From: Nitrosopumilus sp.
GTDB lineage: Archaea > Thermoproteota > Nitrososphaeria > Nitrososphaerales > Nitrosopumilaceae
Length of the DNA: 64,000 nucleotides
NCBI GenBank assembly: GCA_965205675.1
Contig: OZ242186.1
Location: 1,408,001 to 1,472,000 of the forward strand
Direction of reading: 5' to 3'
Below, in pieces: positions 42,105 to 53,189 of the stretch. Every line of letters starts with the position of its first letter. Within the stretch, counting starts at the first letter, position 1. Both the position numbers and the translations under genes were made by a program. Below the pieces are notes generated by a model. The model made no database searches. It saw nothing but the letters and a program-made list of their open reading frames with translations, and had not been told where the DNA came from.

Positions 42105-42417
42105 CATATTTGATTTGTTTTATAATCATTCTTACACAATAATTGACAATTATCCTCAATAGTCTTACCGCCTTTGGTTCCACAGAGTTATATGATCTGC
42201 TTCCATTTCTGATAAATCAAAGTGCTTATTGCACTTTACACAGTTTCCATTTTGTTTTTCATAGACCATTTGTTTCATATTGTCTGTAAATGCACGGATT
42301 GAAAGATATTTTTCATATTTAGTCACAGCATATATGGATAAATACCACTTTTCTTTGGTGACATCATCATCTAGGATAAGCTTCTTAATTTCATCTTCAA
42401 TTTCATCAGCCTGTATT
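42105..42417 (-). pseudogene. C-terminal remnant of a DUF262(GmrSD-like)-HNH restriction protein
   Basis: Manual translation: ILDDDVTK..LSIRAFTDNMKQMVYEKQNGNCVKCNKHFDLSEMEADHIT..NCQLLCK, with frameshifts. Confidence 0.7.
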
Positions 42418-42666
42418 TCATTTTGTCTTTACTGATTCAATTGAATCATAACTGGCCTGAATTAGTCGAAGTGTTGAATTTAGATTTGCTCTAAGATTAG
42501 TTATCTGTTCAGATTCGACTAAAATGAAAATTTGTTCATCAAAAATAATCCTAGTCCTTACAGGATTTTCAGGATAAAATTCATTATCAGTGTTTACAGA
42601 ATCAAAAATTGCTCGAGTCTTTTCTTTTGCATCAACTGTGATTTTAGCACTAAAGTTTAATGTCAT
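42418..42666 (-). CDS. pcc1: KEOPS complex subunit Pcc1
   Basis: LRANLNSTLRLI motif; position after rpl37ae. Confidence 0.85.
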   Translation of the reverse strand: MTLNFSAKITVDAKEKTRAIFDSVNTDNEFYPENPVRTRIIFDEQIFILVESEQITNLRANLNSTLRLIQASYDSIESVKTK

Positions 42667-42862
42667 ACGCGGTTCCAGCTACTTTGTAGCTGCACTTTTT
42701 ACAAGACCAAATTCCAACAGCGTCACGTCCAAATGTTTGAGAACCACATTCAGGACAAGTTCGTTTTTCTTTTAGTTGAAGATGGATTTTGGTATATTGT
42801 TTTCTAAGTTTGATTCCATAACGAGCGCCCAATCCTTTAAGAGATTTTTTTGCTTTTGCCAT
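42650..42862 (-). CDS. rpl37ae: 50S ribosomal protein L37Ae
   Basis: GARYG..LRK, CPECG, GIWSCKKC..AGTAY. Confidence 0.93.
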   Translation of the reverse strand: MAKAKKSLKGLGARYGIKLRKQYTKIHLQLKEKRTCPECGSQTFGRDAVGIWSCKKCSYKVAGTAYDIKL

Positions 42863-42863
42863 T

Positions 42864-43682
42864 TTATTGACTACCTTGTTGAGATTCTTTTAATTGTTCT
42901 CTTATTTTTGCGCCTACACGGACAGATATTTCACCACAGCGATTAATTTCGTCTTGGGTAAATCCATCGCCACCGCCTTTTTGTAAAGCACAGATGTTTC
43001 CATCAGAATCACTGGTAATTGTAACACGGGCATCCATGCTATCCCATTCATCACCGTTTGGATCAACTACAATATGATTGCCAATTTTTCCCATAGTTAC
43101 AGATACAGGGATTGTAGATATTGGTAAGTTAATTTCTTCACCTTCAACCAGAGTTGGTTTTTCATCAACCCAATTCCATTTTGGGGTTTTAGATGTAAGT
43201 AATGCAGCCGTAGCAGCATAAGAGCAGGCATCAAAGAGATTCCCATCATAATCGACTACAACATTATCAGCAAATACGCCAATTACAGATTTATCTTTCT
43301 CAATTACTAGTTGAGTTACATCTATCATATGACTTTCTCTTATTCCTCTATCAACAACTCTGGCTAGTTCAATAACAGGAGGTTGTGGAGGACCTGTTTC
43401 AACAGTAGAATGTGAAAGAGGTAAAAGTTCAGCAGTACAGATGAAGAGACCTTTATCACCAGTATCTGGGAAAGGCCTATCAGGTTGAATCTTTACTCCA
43501 CATATAACTTCAGTATCCCCAAGACGAATTCTTGCCGAACCATTTGCTTTAGGAATTGCATTAGTTTCAATAATAATTTCACGGGATTCATCAAATGCAC
43601 GTCCATCAACTCGTTTTCCTTGTTCTAATAGTTCAAGAATTTGTGATTTCTTTAGTTCATCAATAACAGAAATAGATGTCAA
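42864..43682 (-). CDS. rrp42: Exosome complex component Rrp42
   Basis: RVDGR, PFPDT, ELARVVDRGIRES, DGNLFDA. Confidence 0.95.
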   Translation of the reverse strand: MTSISVIDELKKSQILELLEQGKRVDGRAFDESREIIIETNAIPKANGSARIRLGDTEVICGVKIQPDRPFPDTGDKGLFICTAELLPLSHSTVETGPPQPPVIELARVVDRGIRESHMIDVTQLVIEKDKSVIGVFADNVVVDYDGNLFDACSYAATAALLTSKTPKWNWVDEKPTLVEGEEINLPISTIPVSVTMGKIGNHIVVDPNGDEWDSMDARVTITSDSDGNICALQKGGGDGFTQDEINRCGEISVRVGAKIREQLKESQQGSQ

Positions 43683-43684
43683 TT

Positions 43685-44419
43685 TTAATCTCCTCCGTTT
43701 CCAAAGTATTTGTCATGGAGTGCTTTCTTTTGCAAGTCATAAACGATTTTGCAACCTTGCACTCCCACATCTACACATTTCTTGTATTCTTCAGGAGTCA
43801 GAACTCCATCTAATTGTAGTAGAGTGATTTTTTCTAAACTTGGCATGTAGCCAATTGGCATATCTGCCTGACCAGCTTGATCTTCTTCATTATTAACGTC
43901 AAGAATTACAGTATCTGCAACTTTTCCTGCTGCAATTGCTGCAACCATATCTCGCATAGGAATACCTGCATCAGCTAAAGCTACAGAAGCTGCAGAAAGG
44001 GCAGCACATCTAGTTCCACCATCAGCTTGCAATACTTCGATAAACACGTCAACTGCTGTTCTTGGGAATTTTTCTAGCATCACTGCAGGTTCTAATGCTT
44101 CTTTGATTACTTTGGAAATTTCAATTTCTCTTCTTGAAGGTGCAGGATTTTTTCGTTCACCAACAGAAAAGGGTTCCATATGATATCTAACACGTAAGAT
44201 TCCAGTATCAGTATTTGACATGTGTTTTGGATGTACGTCACGTGGACCGAAGACTCCAACTAGAATTTTGTTATCGCCAAATTCAATGTATGCTGAGCCA
44301 TCAGCATTTTTTAGCCCACCAGCTTTTATCATAATTCGTCGTGGTTCATCTATCTTACGGCCATCACAACGAATACCATTCTCGTCCAGTAGGACCATTG
44401 TTGCGTCTCGTCCGCCCAT
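43685..44419 (-). CDS. rrp41: Exosome complex exonuclease Rrp41
   Basis: ADGSAY, GPRDVHP, PSRREIEISKVI, QADGGTR. Confidence 0.96.
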   Translation of the reverse strand: MGGRDATMVLLDENGIRCDGRKIDEPRRIMIKAGGLKNADGSAYIEFGDNKILVGVFGPRDVHPKHMSNTDTGILRVRYHMEPFSVGERKNPAPSRREIEISKVIKEALEPAVMLEKFPRTAVDVFIEVLQADGGTRCAALSAASVALADAGIPMRDMVAAIAAGKVADTVILDVNNEEDQAGQADMPIGYMPSLEKITLLQLDGVLTPEEYKKCVDVGVQGCKIVYDLQKKALHDKYFGNGGD

Positions 44420-45102
44420 TATGATTCATCATCCTTTATTTCTAACATTTCTTTCACTTGATCAGTTAAATTAGCAACATGTGCTTTTTCATTAATCATT
44501 TCAATTGCTTTTTTGGCCTTTAATAATCCCTCTGGAGATTCACAAGAAACAACCACCCAACCGTTTTGGCCAATAGTAACTGCTGCATTAGTAGCCATTT
44601 CTATCATCTGAATCATACTACCTCTCTTACCAATTAGACGGGGAACTTTGCTAGGTGAAATTTTTACCAAGTCGCCAGAGTCAATTTGACCTAAATCTCT
44701 ATCAGAAATTGTCACTAGGGGATCTCTTGTTCTATCAAAATTAGCTATTCTTGCTGCAACCAAATCGCCAGATTTTAGTTTAGATGCGAGTTCATCAGCA
44801 TGAGCAGAAAAATCTCGTCCAAATACATCTTGAGCAGGCAAGAATCCAACATAGCAAGAATTGATATCTAATTCCCAAGACAATGAGGTATGTGAGATTA
44901 CTTTACCAATTACAAGATCGTTGATTTTAGGGATGTATTTTCCAGTTAATGGGATAACTTTAACAGAATCATCATAAATTTCAGAAATACCAATAGTTGT
45001 AGAAATTATCTTATTTCCATCTAACACTACATTTTGTTCAGGTCTAAAAGGTCCAGTGGTTACAACATCGCCAGGAATAACGTATTTTCTTTTATTATCC
45101 AT
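44419..45102 (-). CDS. rrp4: Exosome RNA-binding protein Rrp4
   Basis: VIPGD, S1 domain, KH motif PRLIGKRGSM. Confidence 0.95.
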   Translation of the reverse strand: MDNKRKYVIPGDVVTTGPFRPEQNVVLDGNKIISTTIGISEIYDDSVKVIPLTGKYIPKINDLVIGKVISHTSLSWELDINSCYVGFLPAQDVFGRDFSAHADELASKLKSGDLVAARIANFDRTRDPLVTISDRDLGQIDSGDLVKISPSKVPRLIGKRGSMIQMIEMATNAAVTIGQNGWVVVSCESPEGLLKAKKAIEMINEKAHVANLTDQVKEMLEIKDDES

Positions 45103-45788
45103 TATTGGATTACCTCAACTGTGGCAGAACCCTTAGTTATAGAACCTAATCTGTCTATCACATTGGGTCTTGCCGCAGCGGGTATTTCAAGTATTGCTTT
45201 TAGAGAGCCATTATTTTGCCATTCTTCTTTTTTGAGTGAACCAACTGATTTTAAAACCGCATATGATTGAGATGCAAACTGTGCAGGAATAGTAATTTCC
45301 AATTCTAAACTTTCAGATTTGAGGGCAATTATTAAACGTAATTTTTGGACAATGTCTCTGACTTGTTCATCGACATTTTTTTGGGGATCGACTGAAATTC
45401 GACCATCTTTCATAGCCTGTTCGATTCTTAGTGGAGGATGAGGAAAATGTGTTTTTGGATCAACATAGGTCTTAGCAATAAAGGTGACAATTTGTTTTTT
45501 CTTGTCTTCTATCATCTTTCTTCTTTGATCAGTAGTAAGATTCAGATCGCCTTTCTCAAGAATAATTTGAGCAATTTCACTCTGATCTTCAGTTTTGAAT
45601 GCTTTTAGTAATTTCTCAGAAGAGGGTCTAGAACCTTTTCCAGAATCAGTATAAATTTCATCAGATACCAATACAGCAGAAATATCTTTTTTCTTGCCCA
45701 TTTTGTAATCCAAGGCAGGATCAGGTTTTACCATAATCTCAAATTTTTCCCCTTCAAAAGAGTATCTCACTAATGTTACATCAACCAT
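45102..45788 (-). CDS. Ribosome assembly factor SBDS
   Basis: GEKFEI, HPPLRIEQAM. Confidence 0.95.
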   Translation of the reverse strand: MVDVTLVRYSFEGEKFEIMVKPDPALDYKMGKKKDISAVLVSDEIYTDSGKGSRPSSEKLLKAFKTEDQSEIAQIILEKGDLNLTTDQRRKMIEDKKKQIVTFIAKTYVDPKTHFPHPPLRIEQAMKDGRISVDPQKNVDEQVRDIVQKLRLIIALKSESLELEITIPAQFASQSYAVLKSVGSLKKEEWQNNGSLKAILEIPAAARPNVIDRLGSITKGSATVEVIQ

Positions 45789-45875
45789 TCCTACAATAGT
45801 AACAGAGATTTACTATTTATCTATAAGGAAAACTAGCTAGATTTTTATGTGGATTTTGAAGATTTTCTTCAAGAT

Positions 45876-46514
45876 TTGTCATCCTTAGAGGTAATTAGTA
45901 AAGATAATCAGAAAATGGCTGTAAAGCTAAAAGGCATACCATTGCAGTATGCAAATGCACTTAGACGTGTATGTCTTAATGGAGTTCCAGTTTTTGCAAT
46001 TGATACTGTAGATATTATTGAAAATTCTTCAGTATTACCAGATGAAGGACTAGCACACAGACTAGGACTTGTTCCATTAATAACAGATCTGGCTAGATTT
46101 AACGAGCCATCCAAATGTGAGTGTCAAAGTGAGGCAGGGTGTTCAAATTGTAGAGTGATGTTAGTCTTAGATTCAGGAGATTCAGACATCACAAGAACAG
46201 TTCTTTCAGATGAATTATCATCAGAAGATGATTCAATTAAACCAACTTCAGATAAAATTCCAATAGTTCAACTAGCGCCAGGCCAGAAAATCAAAATCGA
46301 GTGCTATGCAAGACTAGGACGCGGAACAGAGCATGCAAAATGGAATGCTTCAACAATTTCAACACTTACAGATACTGAGAAAGAAGATGTCAAAGTTTTA
46401 ACCGTCGAATCAACTGGAGCTCTTAATCCAGAGCAGATCATTATCTCAGGGGTAGACGAAGTAAGTAATAGAATAGGCCAATTCAAAGAGATGATTGGCC
46501 AAGTTGAAGAGTAA
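45876..46514 (+). CDS. rpoD: DNA-directed RNA polymerase subunit D (Rpo3); alternative start at 45849
   Basis: ANALRR, NSSVLPDEGLAHRLGLVP, GRGTEHAKW. Confidence 0.95.
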   Translation: MSSLEVISKDNQKMAVKLKGIPLQYANALRRVCLNGVPVFAIDTVDIIENSSVLPDEGLAHRLGLVPLITDLARFNEPSKCECQSEAGCSNCRVMLVLDSGDSDITRTVLSDELSSEDDSIKPTSDKIPIVQLAPGQKIKIECYARLGRGTEHAKWNASTISTLTDTEKEDVKVLTVESTGALNPEQIIISGVDEVSNRIGQFKEMIGQVEE

Positions 46515-46559
46515 ACTAAGCATAGGCATTATATTTGGGTTTCAAACCGCATTATTCAC

Positions 46560-46907
46560 ATGACTAATCAAGTCGTTATACGTATGGCAAAGGATTTAAA
46601 GAAAGCATCTACAAAAGAGAATGCGCCAATTTGGGCAAAATTGGCAGAATATGCGTTAAAACCATCAATTGCCAGAAGAGATCTCAATTTGAATAGAATT
46701 AACCAATTAACCAAAGAAAACGATATCGTAGTATTTCCAGGCAAAGTTCTCGGAGCAGGCAATATTTCTCACAAAATTACATTGTTCTCATTTTCAATTT
46801 CAGATTCTGCAGCAACTAAAATTATTGAAAATGGTGGAAAACTAATCAGTCATTCAGATTTGATTGAGCAAAATCCAACTGGAAAAGGAGTGGTACTACT
46901 TGGCTAA
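46560..46907 (+). CDS. rpl18e: 50S ribosomal protein L18e
   Basis: NLNRIN..VVFPGKVLGAG. Confidence 0.93.
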   Translation: MTNQVVIRMAKDLKKASTKENAPIWAKLAEYALKPSIARRDLNLNRINQLTKENDIVVFPGKVLGAGNISHKITLFSFSISDSAATKIIENGGKLISHSDLIEQNPTGKGVVLLG

Positions 46908-47397
46908 CGGAAGAATAAACAAACCCACCAGAAGGACTGAACAAAAAACAATCGTAAGAACAGACAGACCGATTGTAGTAGATGCAACAGATCACATTGC
47001 TGGAAGATTAGCATCAAATGTAGCAAAATTACTAATGAAAGGAAATAGAGTATCAGTTGTGAATTGTGAAAAAATTATGATGAGTGGAACAAGGAGTAAT
47101 CAAATTAAAGAATATAGAGAATTTTTAGAGATTAACAGTATCATCAATTACAAACACGGACCAGTTCACTATAGAAGACCAGATACGGTAATGGCAAAAA
47201 TGATTCGTCAAATGTTACCCTTTGATAGAAAACCATCAGGAAAAGAAGCACATCAAAGACTTAGAACATACATTGGCTCACCTAAAGAAATCAAGTCATT
47301 AGAAAAGATTCGGTTTGAAAAAGCAAAAATAAGAAAGACACCATCAAACTATACAGAGTTAGGAGAATTATGTAGAGTAGTGGGGTGGACTAAATGA
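46900..47397 (+). CDS. rpl13: 50S ribosomal protein L13
   Basis: VVDATDHIAGRLAS.VAK, GPVHYRRP; TTG start after a GGAG SD-like site. Confidence 0.93.
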   Translation: MANGRINKPTRRTEQKTIVRTDRPIVVDATDHIAGRLASNVAKLLMKGNRVSVVNCEKIMMSGTRSNQIKEYREFLEINSIINYKHGPVHYRRPDTVMAKMIRQMLPFDRKPSGKEAHQRLRTYIGSPKEIKSLEKIRFEKAKIRKTPSNYTELGELCRVVGWTK

Positions 47398-47843
47398 CAA
47401 CTCCAAAAACTGAAATTTATTTTGCAACTAGAAAAACAGCTAGTGCCCATGTTTATATTACTAAAGGTAAAGGCAAAGTCCGAATTAACAACATCCCAGT
47501 AGAAATGATTCCACAAGAAACTGCACGAGAAGTAATTCTTGCACCATTGGAAATTACAGGGGATTTGAGAGATAAGATAGATATCTCTGTAAGGGTAAGA
47601 GGAGGAGGTTTTATGGGCCAAGCAAGTGCAACAGCAACAGGAATTTCAAGAGCCTTAACAGGATGGACAAAATCTAAAAAAGAACCAAGAGATCATCCCT
47701 TCCCAAAATCAATCAGGGAAGACCTTAGAAAAAGAATCACTGATTTTGATAAATATCTAGTCAGTGGAGACGCCAGAAGAAAAGAACCAAAGAAATTTGG
47801 CGGACCTAGTGCAAGAAGAAGAAAGCAGAAATCATACCGTTAG
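47394..47843 (+). CDS. rps9: 30S ribosomal protein S9
   Basis: GGGFMGQA, EPKKFGGPSARRRKQKSYR. Confidence 0.96.
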   Translation: MTTPKTEIYFATRKTASAHVYITKGKGKVRINNIPVEMIPQETAREVILAPLEITGDLRDKIDISVRVRGGGFMGQASATATGISRALTGWTKSKKEPRDHPFPKSIREDLRKRITDFDKYLVSGDARRKEPKKFGGPSARRRKQKSYR

Positions 47844-47846
47844 GCT

Positions 47847-48566
47847 GTGAAAGCTGTAATTCTTGCAGGCGGCAAAGGAACCAGAGGCAAACCATATACA
47901 GAATATTTTCCAAAAGCAATGATTCCCATCAATGGAAAACCATTGATATCTTATGTTGTAAAATATTTGAAATCATTCAAATTTATAGATGAAGTAATAA
48001 TCCTATCAGATTTTAAAGGCATAGGAGGACAAATCAAAAATTATTATGAAAACCAAAAAAACATCACTTTTGTTCAAGACTCTCAAAGCGGAACTGGAGG
48101 CGATTTGTTACATATTGCAAACAAGATTAAAAATGAATCAGAATTTGTGTTATGGTTTGTAGATAATTTGTGTGCAATTGATCTTAAGAAAATGAAAGAG
48201 CAATTTAGAAGAAAGAATAGCTTTGCATGTATTGCAACTAGAACAAAAAGAAAAGAAGAAACAGGATTTGCAAGAGTAGAAGATGGGATGATAAAAGAAT
48301 TTAAAGAAAAGCCAGTAATGAAATTACAATTATCAGAGTGTCTTGGAATCTATATGCTTGAAAAAGACATCATAAAGAAGATCAAAACAAAGCAAAAGCA
48401 AAAACAGATCAACCTCTCATTTGATATTTTGCAAGAATTATCAAAAGAGGGAAAAGTCAGTGCATTTGACATTGGAAACAACGAATGGATAGATGCAGAA
48501 TCACCAACGATATTAGACAGAAATGAAAAAACAGTAAAGCAGATTATAAAACAGATGGGATTTTAG
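47847..48566 (+). CDS. Sugar-phosphate nucleotidyltransferase
   Basis: AVILAGGKGTR..PK. Confidence 0.88.
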   Translation: MKAVILAGGKGTRGKPYTEYFPKAMIPINGKPLISYVVKYLKSFKFIDEVIILSDFKGIGGQIKNYYENQKNITFVQDSQSGTGGDLLHIANKIKNESEFVLWFVDNLCAIDLKKMKEQFRRKNSFACIATRTKRKEETGFARVEDGMIKEFKEKPVMKLQLSECLGIYMLEKDIIKKIKTKQKQKQINLSFDILQELSKEGKVSAFDIGNNEWIDAESPTILDRNEKTVKQIIKQMGF

Positions 48567-49128
48567 ACTGTTTTTCAAATTCTAGAATTCTATCTTCATA
48601 TTGAAAAGTTTGTGCAATATCATCTAGTCCTTCTAAAAGAATTTTTTTCTTGTAATGGTCAATCTCAAAAGGGATTTCTTTAGAAGACGTTTTGATAGTT
48701 TGGTTTTCTAAATCCACTTCAACTAAACCAATCTCTTGTTGAAGTTTTTCCACAATTTTTTGGTCCAATATGATGGGCAAAACACCATTTTTGAAACAAT
48801 TACTAAAGAAAATATCTGCAAATGAAGGGGCAACGATAACAGAAAAACCATAATCTAGTAAAGCCCATACAGCATGCTCACGACTAGAACCACAACCGAA
48901 ATTATCTCCTGCAACAAGAATTTGAGAATTTCCATATTTTGAGTCATTTAGTATGAAATCGGGTTTTTTGTTTTCATTTTCATCATACCTCCAATTAAAA
49001 AATAAAAATTTTCCAAATCCTGATTTTTGAACTAATTTTAAGAATTGTTTGGGAATAATTTGATCAGTATCAACATTTACCTTATCAAGAGGAGTGACAA
49101 TACTAGATATTTTTTTAAAAGATTCCAT
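48544..49128 (-). CDS. leuD: 3-isopropylmalate dehydratase small subunit
   Basis: [29 protein letters not shown]. Confidence 0.93.
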   Translation of the reverse strand: MESFKKISSIVTPLDKVNVDTDQIIPKQFLKLVQKSGFGKFLFFNWRYDENENKKPDFILNDSKYGNSQILVAGDNFGCGSSREHAVWALLDYGFSVIVAPSFADIFFSNCFKNGVLPIILDQKIVEKLQQEIGLVEVDLENQTIKTSSKEIPFEIDHYKKKILLEGLDDIAQTFQYEDRILEFEKQSKIPSVL

Positions 49129-49129
49129 G

Positions 49130-50545
49130 TTAATTCAAGTCCAAGTTCCTTACATCCACAAAATGTCCTTCAATAGCAGCAGCTGCTGCCATAACCGGAC
49201 TTACCAAATGGGTTAGTCCACCAGTACCTTGCCTACCCTCAAAGTTTCGATTTGAAGTACTTGCACAACGCTCACCAGGAGATAAAATATCAGGATTCAT
49301 TCCAAGACACATACTACAACCAGATTCTCGCCATTCAAAATTTGCATCAATGAAGATTTTATCTAATCCCATTTCTTCAGCTTGTTTTTTTACCATTTGC
49401 GAGCCGGGCACAACCATTGCAGTTACATTTGAAGCAATTTTTTGTCCTTTGATTACTTTTGATGCCGCAATAAGATCTTCTAATCTAGCATTAGTACATG
49501 AACCAATAAACACTCTGTCAATTTTGATATCTTCAATTGCAGTCCCAGGTTCTAAATCCATGTAATCAAGAGCCTTTTTAGCTCCTTTCTTTTGATTTGC
49601 ATCACCTTTAGAGAATTCATCCGGAGACGGAATAGATTCAGTCACATCACATGTCATTTCAGGATTTGTACCCCAACTTACTTGAGGCGCAATATCATCA
49701 ATGTGTAAAATGAATTGTTTTTCAAACTTTGCATCACTATCACTTTTAAGATGATCTTTCCATGAATCCACCAAAGATTCGTAATTCTTGGGAGTGTACT
49801 CTCTATCTCTCAAATAATCAAAAGTCTTTTTATCAGGTGCTATCAAACCGGCTCTGGCACCTGCCTCAATAGACATATTACAAATAGTCATTCTTTGCTC
49901 CATTGAAAGATCAGTTATTCCTTGACCACGATATTCAATTACAGTGCCTGTACCACCTCCAGTACCAATGTTTTTGATAATAGATAGCACAATATCCTTG
50001 GCAGTGACTGCATGAATGTTCTTTCGTTTTCCTTCAACTCTAATTTCAAAAGGTTTTGGCTTTTCAAGCCATATGGTTTGAGAGGCTAAGACATGTTCAA
50101 CATCACTTGTTCCAATACCAAGAGCAAGAGCTCCAAATGCTCCATGTGTAGATGTATGGCTATCACCACAAACAATAGTAGAGCCAGGCAACGTTATCCC
50201 CAGCTGAGGACCAATCACATGCACAATTCCTTGATTAGGACTATTAACATCAAATAATTTTATTCCGAAATCTTTACAATTCTTTTCCAGGGTTTTGATT
50301 TGCACATAAGAGGTTTGATCTAAAATTGGAAGTGAACGATCAGTTGTTTGAACATTATGATCCATGGTCGCAATTGTAAGATCAGGCCGTCGGACTTGCC
50401 TATTATTCATACGCAATCCATCAAAAGCTTGAGGAGAGGTTACTTCATGAACAAGATGCCTGTCAATGTAAATTAATGATGGATCATTTTGTTTTTCAAC
50501 AACCATATGAGAGTCCCAAATCTTTTCAAAAAGTGTTGTTCCCAT
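49130..50545 (-). CDS. leuC: 3-isopropylmalate dehydratase large subunit
   Basis: [38 protein letters not shown]. Confidence 0.95.
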   Translation of the reverse strand: MGTTLFEKIWDSHMVVEKQNDPSLIYIDRHLVHEVTSPQAFDGLRMNNRQVRRPDLTIATMDHNVQTTDRSLPILDQTSYVQIKTLEKNCKDFGIKLFDVNSPNQGIVHVIGPQLGITLPGSTIVCGDSHTSTHGAFGALALGIGTSDVEHVLASQTIWLEKPKPFEIRVEGKRKNIHAVTAKDIVLSIIKNIGTGGGTGTVIEYRGQGITDLSMEQRMTICNMSIEAGARAGLIAPDKKTFDYLRDREYTPKNYESLVDSWKDHLKSDSDAKFEKQFILHIDDIAPQVSWGTNPEMTCDVTESIPSPDEFSKGDANQKKGAKKALDYMDLEPGTAIEDIKIDRVFIGSCTNARLEDLIAASKVIKGQKIASNVTAMVVPGSQMVKKQAEEMGLDKIFIDANFEWRESGCSMCLGMNPDILSPGERCASTSNRNFEGRQGTGGLTHLVSPVMAAAAAIEGHFVDVRNLDLN

Positions 50546-50546
50546 T

Positions 50547-51038
50547 TTAATCCTGTTCTGGTTTATACTTGAAGAGGCCGCCAGCAGCAATTATTTTTCC
50601 AATAATTTCTGAAAAAGGTTTCATTTTGTATGTCTGATTTTTTGTGATGTTTTTAATTTCATTAGCATCGACATCGATTGTTACCTCATCTCCTTCTGAA
50701 ATGCCATCATAAGCATCATGCCCTATTTCAATAGGTAACAAAAATGCTCCATCAACAGCATTTCTATAAAAGATTCTTGCAAAAGATAGTGCTAAAACGG
50801 CCTTTATTCCAGAATGAGATAATGCAATAGGGGCATGTTCCCTAGAAGAACCACAGCCAAAATTTTTACCAGATAAAATAAAATCACCTTCTTTTACTTT
50901 GGAATGAAAATCAGGATCCAATCCTTCCATTGCATGTGTTGCAAGTTCTGCATAGTCATGTACTTTGAGATATTGACCGGGAATTATGACATCAGTGTCA
51001 ATGTTATCTTGAGCGTATTTTATGACGTTGCCTTTCAT
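50547..51038 (-). CDS. Archaeal-type isopropylmalate/homoaconitate dehydratase small subunit (LeuD/HacB family)
   Basis: [30 protein letters not shown]. Confidence 0.88.
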   Translation of the reverse strand: MKGNVIKYAQDNIDTDVIIPGQYLKVHDYAELATHAMEGLDPDFHSKVKEGDFILSGKNFGCGSSREHAPIALSHSGIKAVLALSFARIFYRNAVDGAFLLPIEIGHDAYDGISEGDEVTIDVDANEIKNITKNQTYKMKPFSEIIGKIIAAGGLFKYKPEQD

Positions 51039-52306
51039 TACAAATCCCTCGGATCAGTGATTTTTCCAGTCACAGCAGAGGCGGCAGCTACTAACGGAGA
51101 TGCAAGATATGTCTGAGATTCCACATGGCCCATTCTGCCAGGGAAGTTTCGGTTTGTAGTACTAATGCAAATTTCATCTTTTGCCAAAACCCCCATGTGA
51201 GCACCGCAACATGCACCACAGGTAGGAGGTCCAACAGTAACTCCAGCATCCAAGAAAATCTTCAACAATCCATTCTCCATAGATCTTTGATAAATCGAAA
51301 TTGCAGCAGGTAAAATTTCTGTTCTAATTTTTACCTTTTTTCCTTTAAGAATTTTTGCAACAGCTTCTAAATCTTCGTATTTTGCTCCAGTGCAAGAACC
51401 AATGTAAGATTTATCCAATTCAACAGAAGGAGCTTCTCTTACAACACATGTGTTTTCAGGGGAGAATGGTTTTGCCACTGTGGGTTCTATTTCTGAACTT
51501 TCAAACTCAAAAACTTTAGCATATTCAGCATCAGCATCACCTTTTATCAAATTCATATTAGTTGCACCTCTTTGAGTAAGATAGTCTACTACTTTTTGAT
51601 CGGGCTCAACGATACCGTTCTTTGCACCAGCTTCTGTAGTCATGTTACATAACGTCAATCTACTTTCTACAGACATTTCATCAATGCCGGTACCTCCAAA
51701 CTGCATCGTTTGATATGCCCCACCATCAGTCCCAATTTCTCCAATAATTTTTAAAATTAGATCTTTGGCCATTACATGACTAGGCAATTTTCCATTTAGC
51801 TTAAAGTAACAAGTCTCAGGAACTTTGAACCAAATTTCCCCATTTAATAAGACATAAGCAATATCAGTGTGTCCCAAACCGCAAGCAAATGCACCTAATG
51901 CACCAGTAGTGTTTGTATGAGAATCCCCACCAACATAAACATCACCAGGCATTACCATTGCCTCTTCATGAGAAATGGTGTGGCAAATTCCATATTGACC
52001 CATTCCATATTTGAAATGTTTTTCAATTCCATAATTTTTGGTAAAATTAGATAATTTTACAATATTTTCAGCAGAAATTTTTTCAGCAGAAGGAACAAAA
52101 TGATCTTCGGCCACCCAAACCTTAGATGAATCCCATAATTTATCGACAGAAATCCCTTGCTTTTTTAGCTTATCAAATACCTTAAGCACACCAGGTCCAG
52201 ATACGTCATGCATCATAACCTTGTCAACTTTAGCAAAAACCACGTCATCTGGAGCAACTGAAGGTTTTCCAGCACCACGAGCAAGAATCTTCTCAACAAT
52301 ATTCAT
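51038..52306 (-). CDS. Archaeal-type isopropylmalate/homoaconitate dehydratase large subunit (LeuC/HacA family)
   Basis: DSHT, GSCTG, CGACCG.HMG, TTNRNFPGRMG. Confidence 0.9.
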   Translation of the reverse strand: MNIVEKILARGAGKPSVAPDDVVFAKVDKVMMHDVSGPGVLKVFDKLKKQGISVDKLWDSSKVWVAEDHFVPSAEKISAENIVKLSNFTKNYGIEKHFKYGMGQYGICHTISHEEAMVMPGDVYVGGDSHTNTTGALGAFACGLGHTDIAYVLLNGEIWFKVPETCYFKLNGKLPSHVMAKDLILKIIGEIGTDGGAYQTMQFGGTGIDEMSVESRLTLCNMTTEAGAKNGIVEPDQKVVDYLTQRGATNMNLIKGDADAEYAKVFEFESSEIEPTVAKPFSPENTCVVREAPSVELDKSYIGSCTGAKYEDLEAVAKILKGKKVKIRTEILPAAISIYQRSMENGLLKIFLDAGVTVGPPTCGACCGAHMGVLAKDEICISTTNRNFPGRMGHVESQTYLASPLVAAASAVTGKITDPRDL

Positions 52307-52378
52307 ATTGAAAAAAGCTCGTCTTACAGATTAAAAGCTTTTCAGAACAATAAAAAAGAAAAAGAACCTCAGAATATT

Positions 52379-53155
52379 ATGCAGTTGACAGTTTTGCCAC
52401 TTTTAGCAGAAAGAATGGAGATGAAATTTGACGTTTTTGGAACGTTGTTAAAAACACTTCAAAGCAATAATGCAAGATTAGAGGAAGGGGATGTCCTAGT
52501 AATATCTACAAAGTACATCTCAAATTCACAGGGAAGAATTGTGGATTTGGACGAAATTACAACATCAGAAGAAGGTCTAAGAATTTCAAAGAAATTCCAA
52601 TTAAAATCAGAGATTGCAGAAATCATCATAAGAGAATCAGATAAAATTTTTGGAGGAATTGGAGGATTTGTAATTACATCATCAAATAATATAATGGCCC
52701 CCAATGCAGGAATCGATAAATCAAATGCAAAAAAAGGCAGAGCTATACTATACCCAGCAGAGCCATATCTGACAGCAGAAGAAATTCGCAGAAAAATTTT
52801 CTTAAAATTCTTTATTCATGTAGGGATTATTCTAGCAGACAGCAGATTGATGCCCGCAAGAATTGGTACATCAGGCGTTGCAGTAGCTTGTGCCGGAATT
52901 GAACCAGTCTTAGATATGAGAGCGAAAAAAGATCTTAATGGCAATCCATTAAAAGTTACATTTCAAGCAGTAGCGGATAGTCTTGCTACAATTGCAAATC
53001 ACAAAATGGGGGAAGGTGCAGAATCAAAACCATTTGCGATAATTAAAAACTCAGAAGCAAATCTCACAGACAGAAAAATCCATCCATCAGAAATGACAAT
53101 TTCCCCTGATCAATGTGTGTATGTGAGAGGATTATCAAATCCTCCAAAACTTTAA
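52379..53155 (+). CDS. cofE: Coenzyme F420-0:L-glutamate ligase-like protein
   Basis: GDVLVISTK, PNAGIDKSN, MGEGAESKP. Confidence 0.85.
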   Translation: MQLTVLPLLAERMEMKFDVFGTLLKTLQSNNARLEEGDVLVISTKYISNSQGRIVDLDEITTSEEGLRISKKFQLKSEIAEIIIRESDKIFGGIGGFVITSSNNIMAPNAGIDKSNAKKGRAILYPAEPYLTAEEIRRKIFLKFFIHVGIILADSRLMPARIGTSGVAVACAGIEPVLDMRAKKDLNGNPLKVTFQAVADSLATIANHKMGEGAESKPFAIIKNSEANLTDRKIHPSEMTISPDQCVYVRGLSNPPKL

Positions 53156-53189
53156 CCTAGAAATCTAGTTCTGCTTTAAATAGAGCAAT

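Noticed and set aside
48544-52306. Two adjacent leuC/leuD-like pairs as a novelty
   Set aside because: Bacterial-type LeuCD alongside an archaeal-type LeuC/HacA pair is, as I recall, ordinary Nitrosopumilus core content
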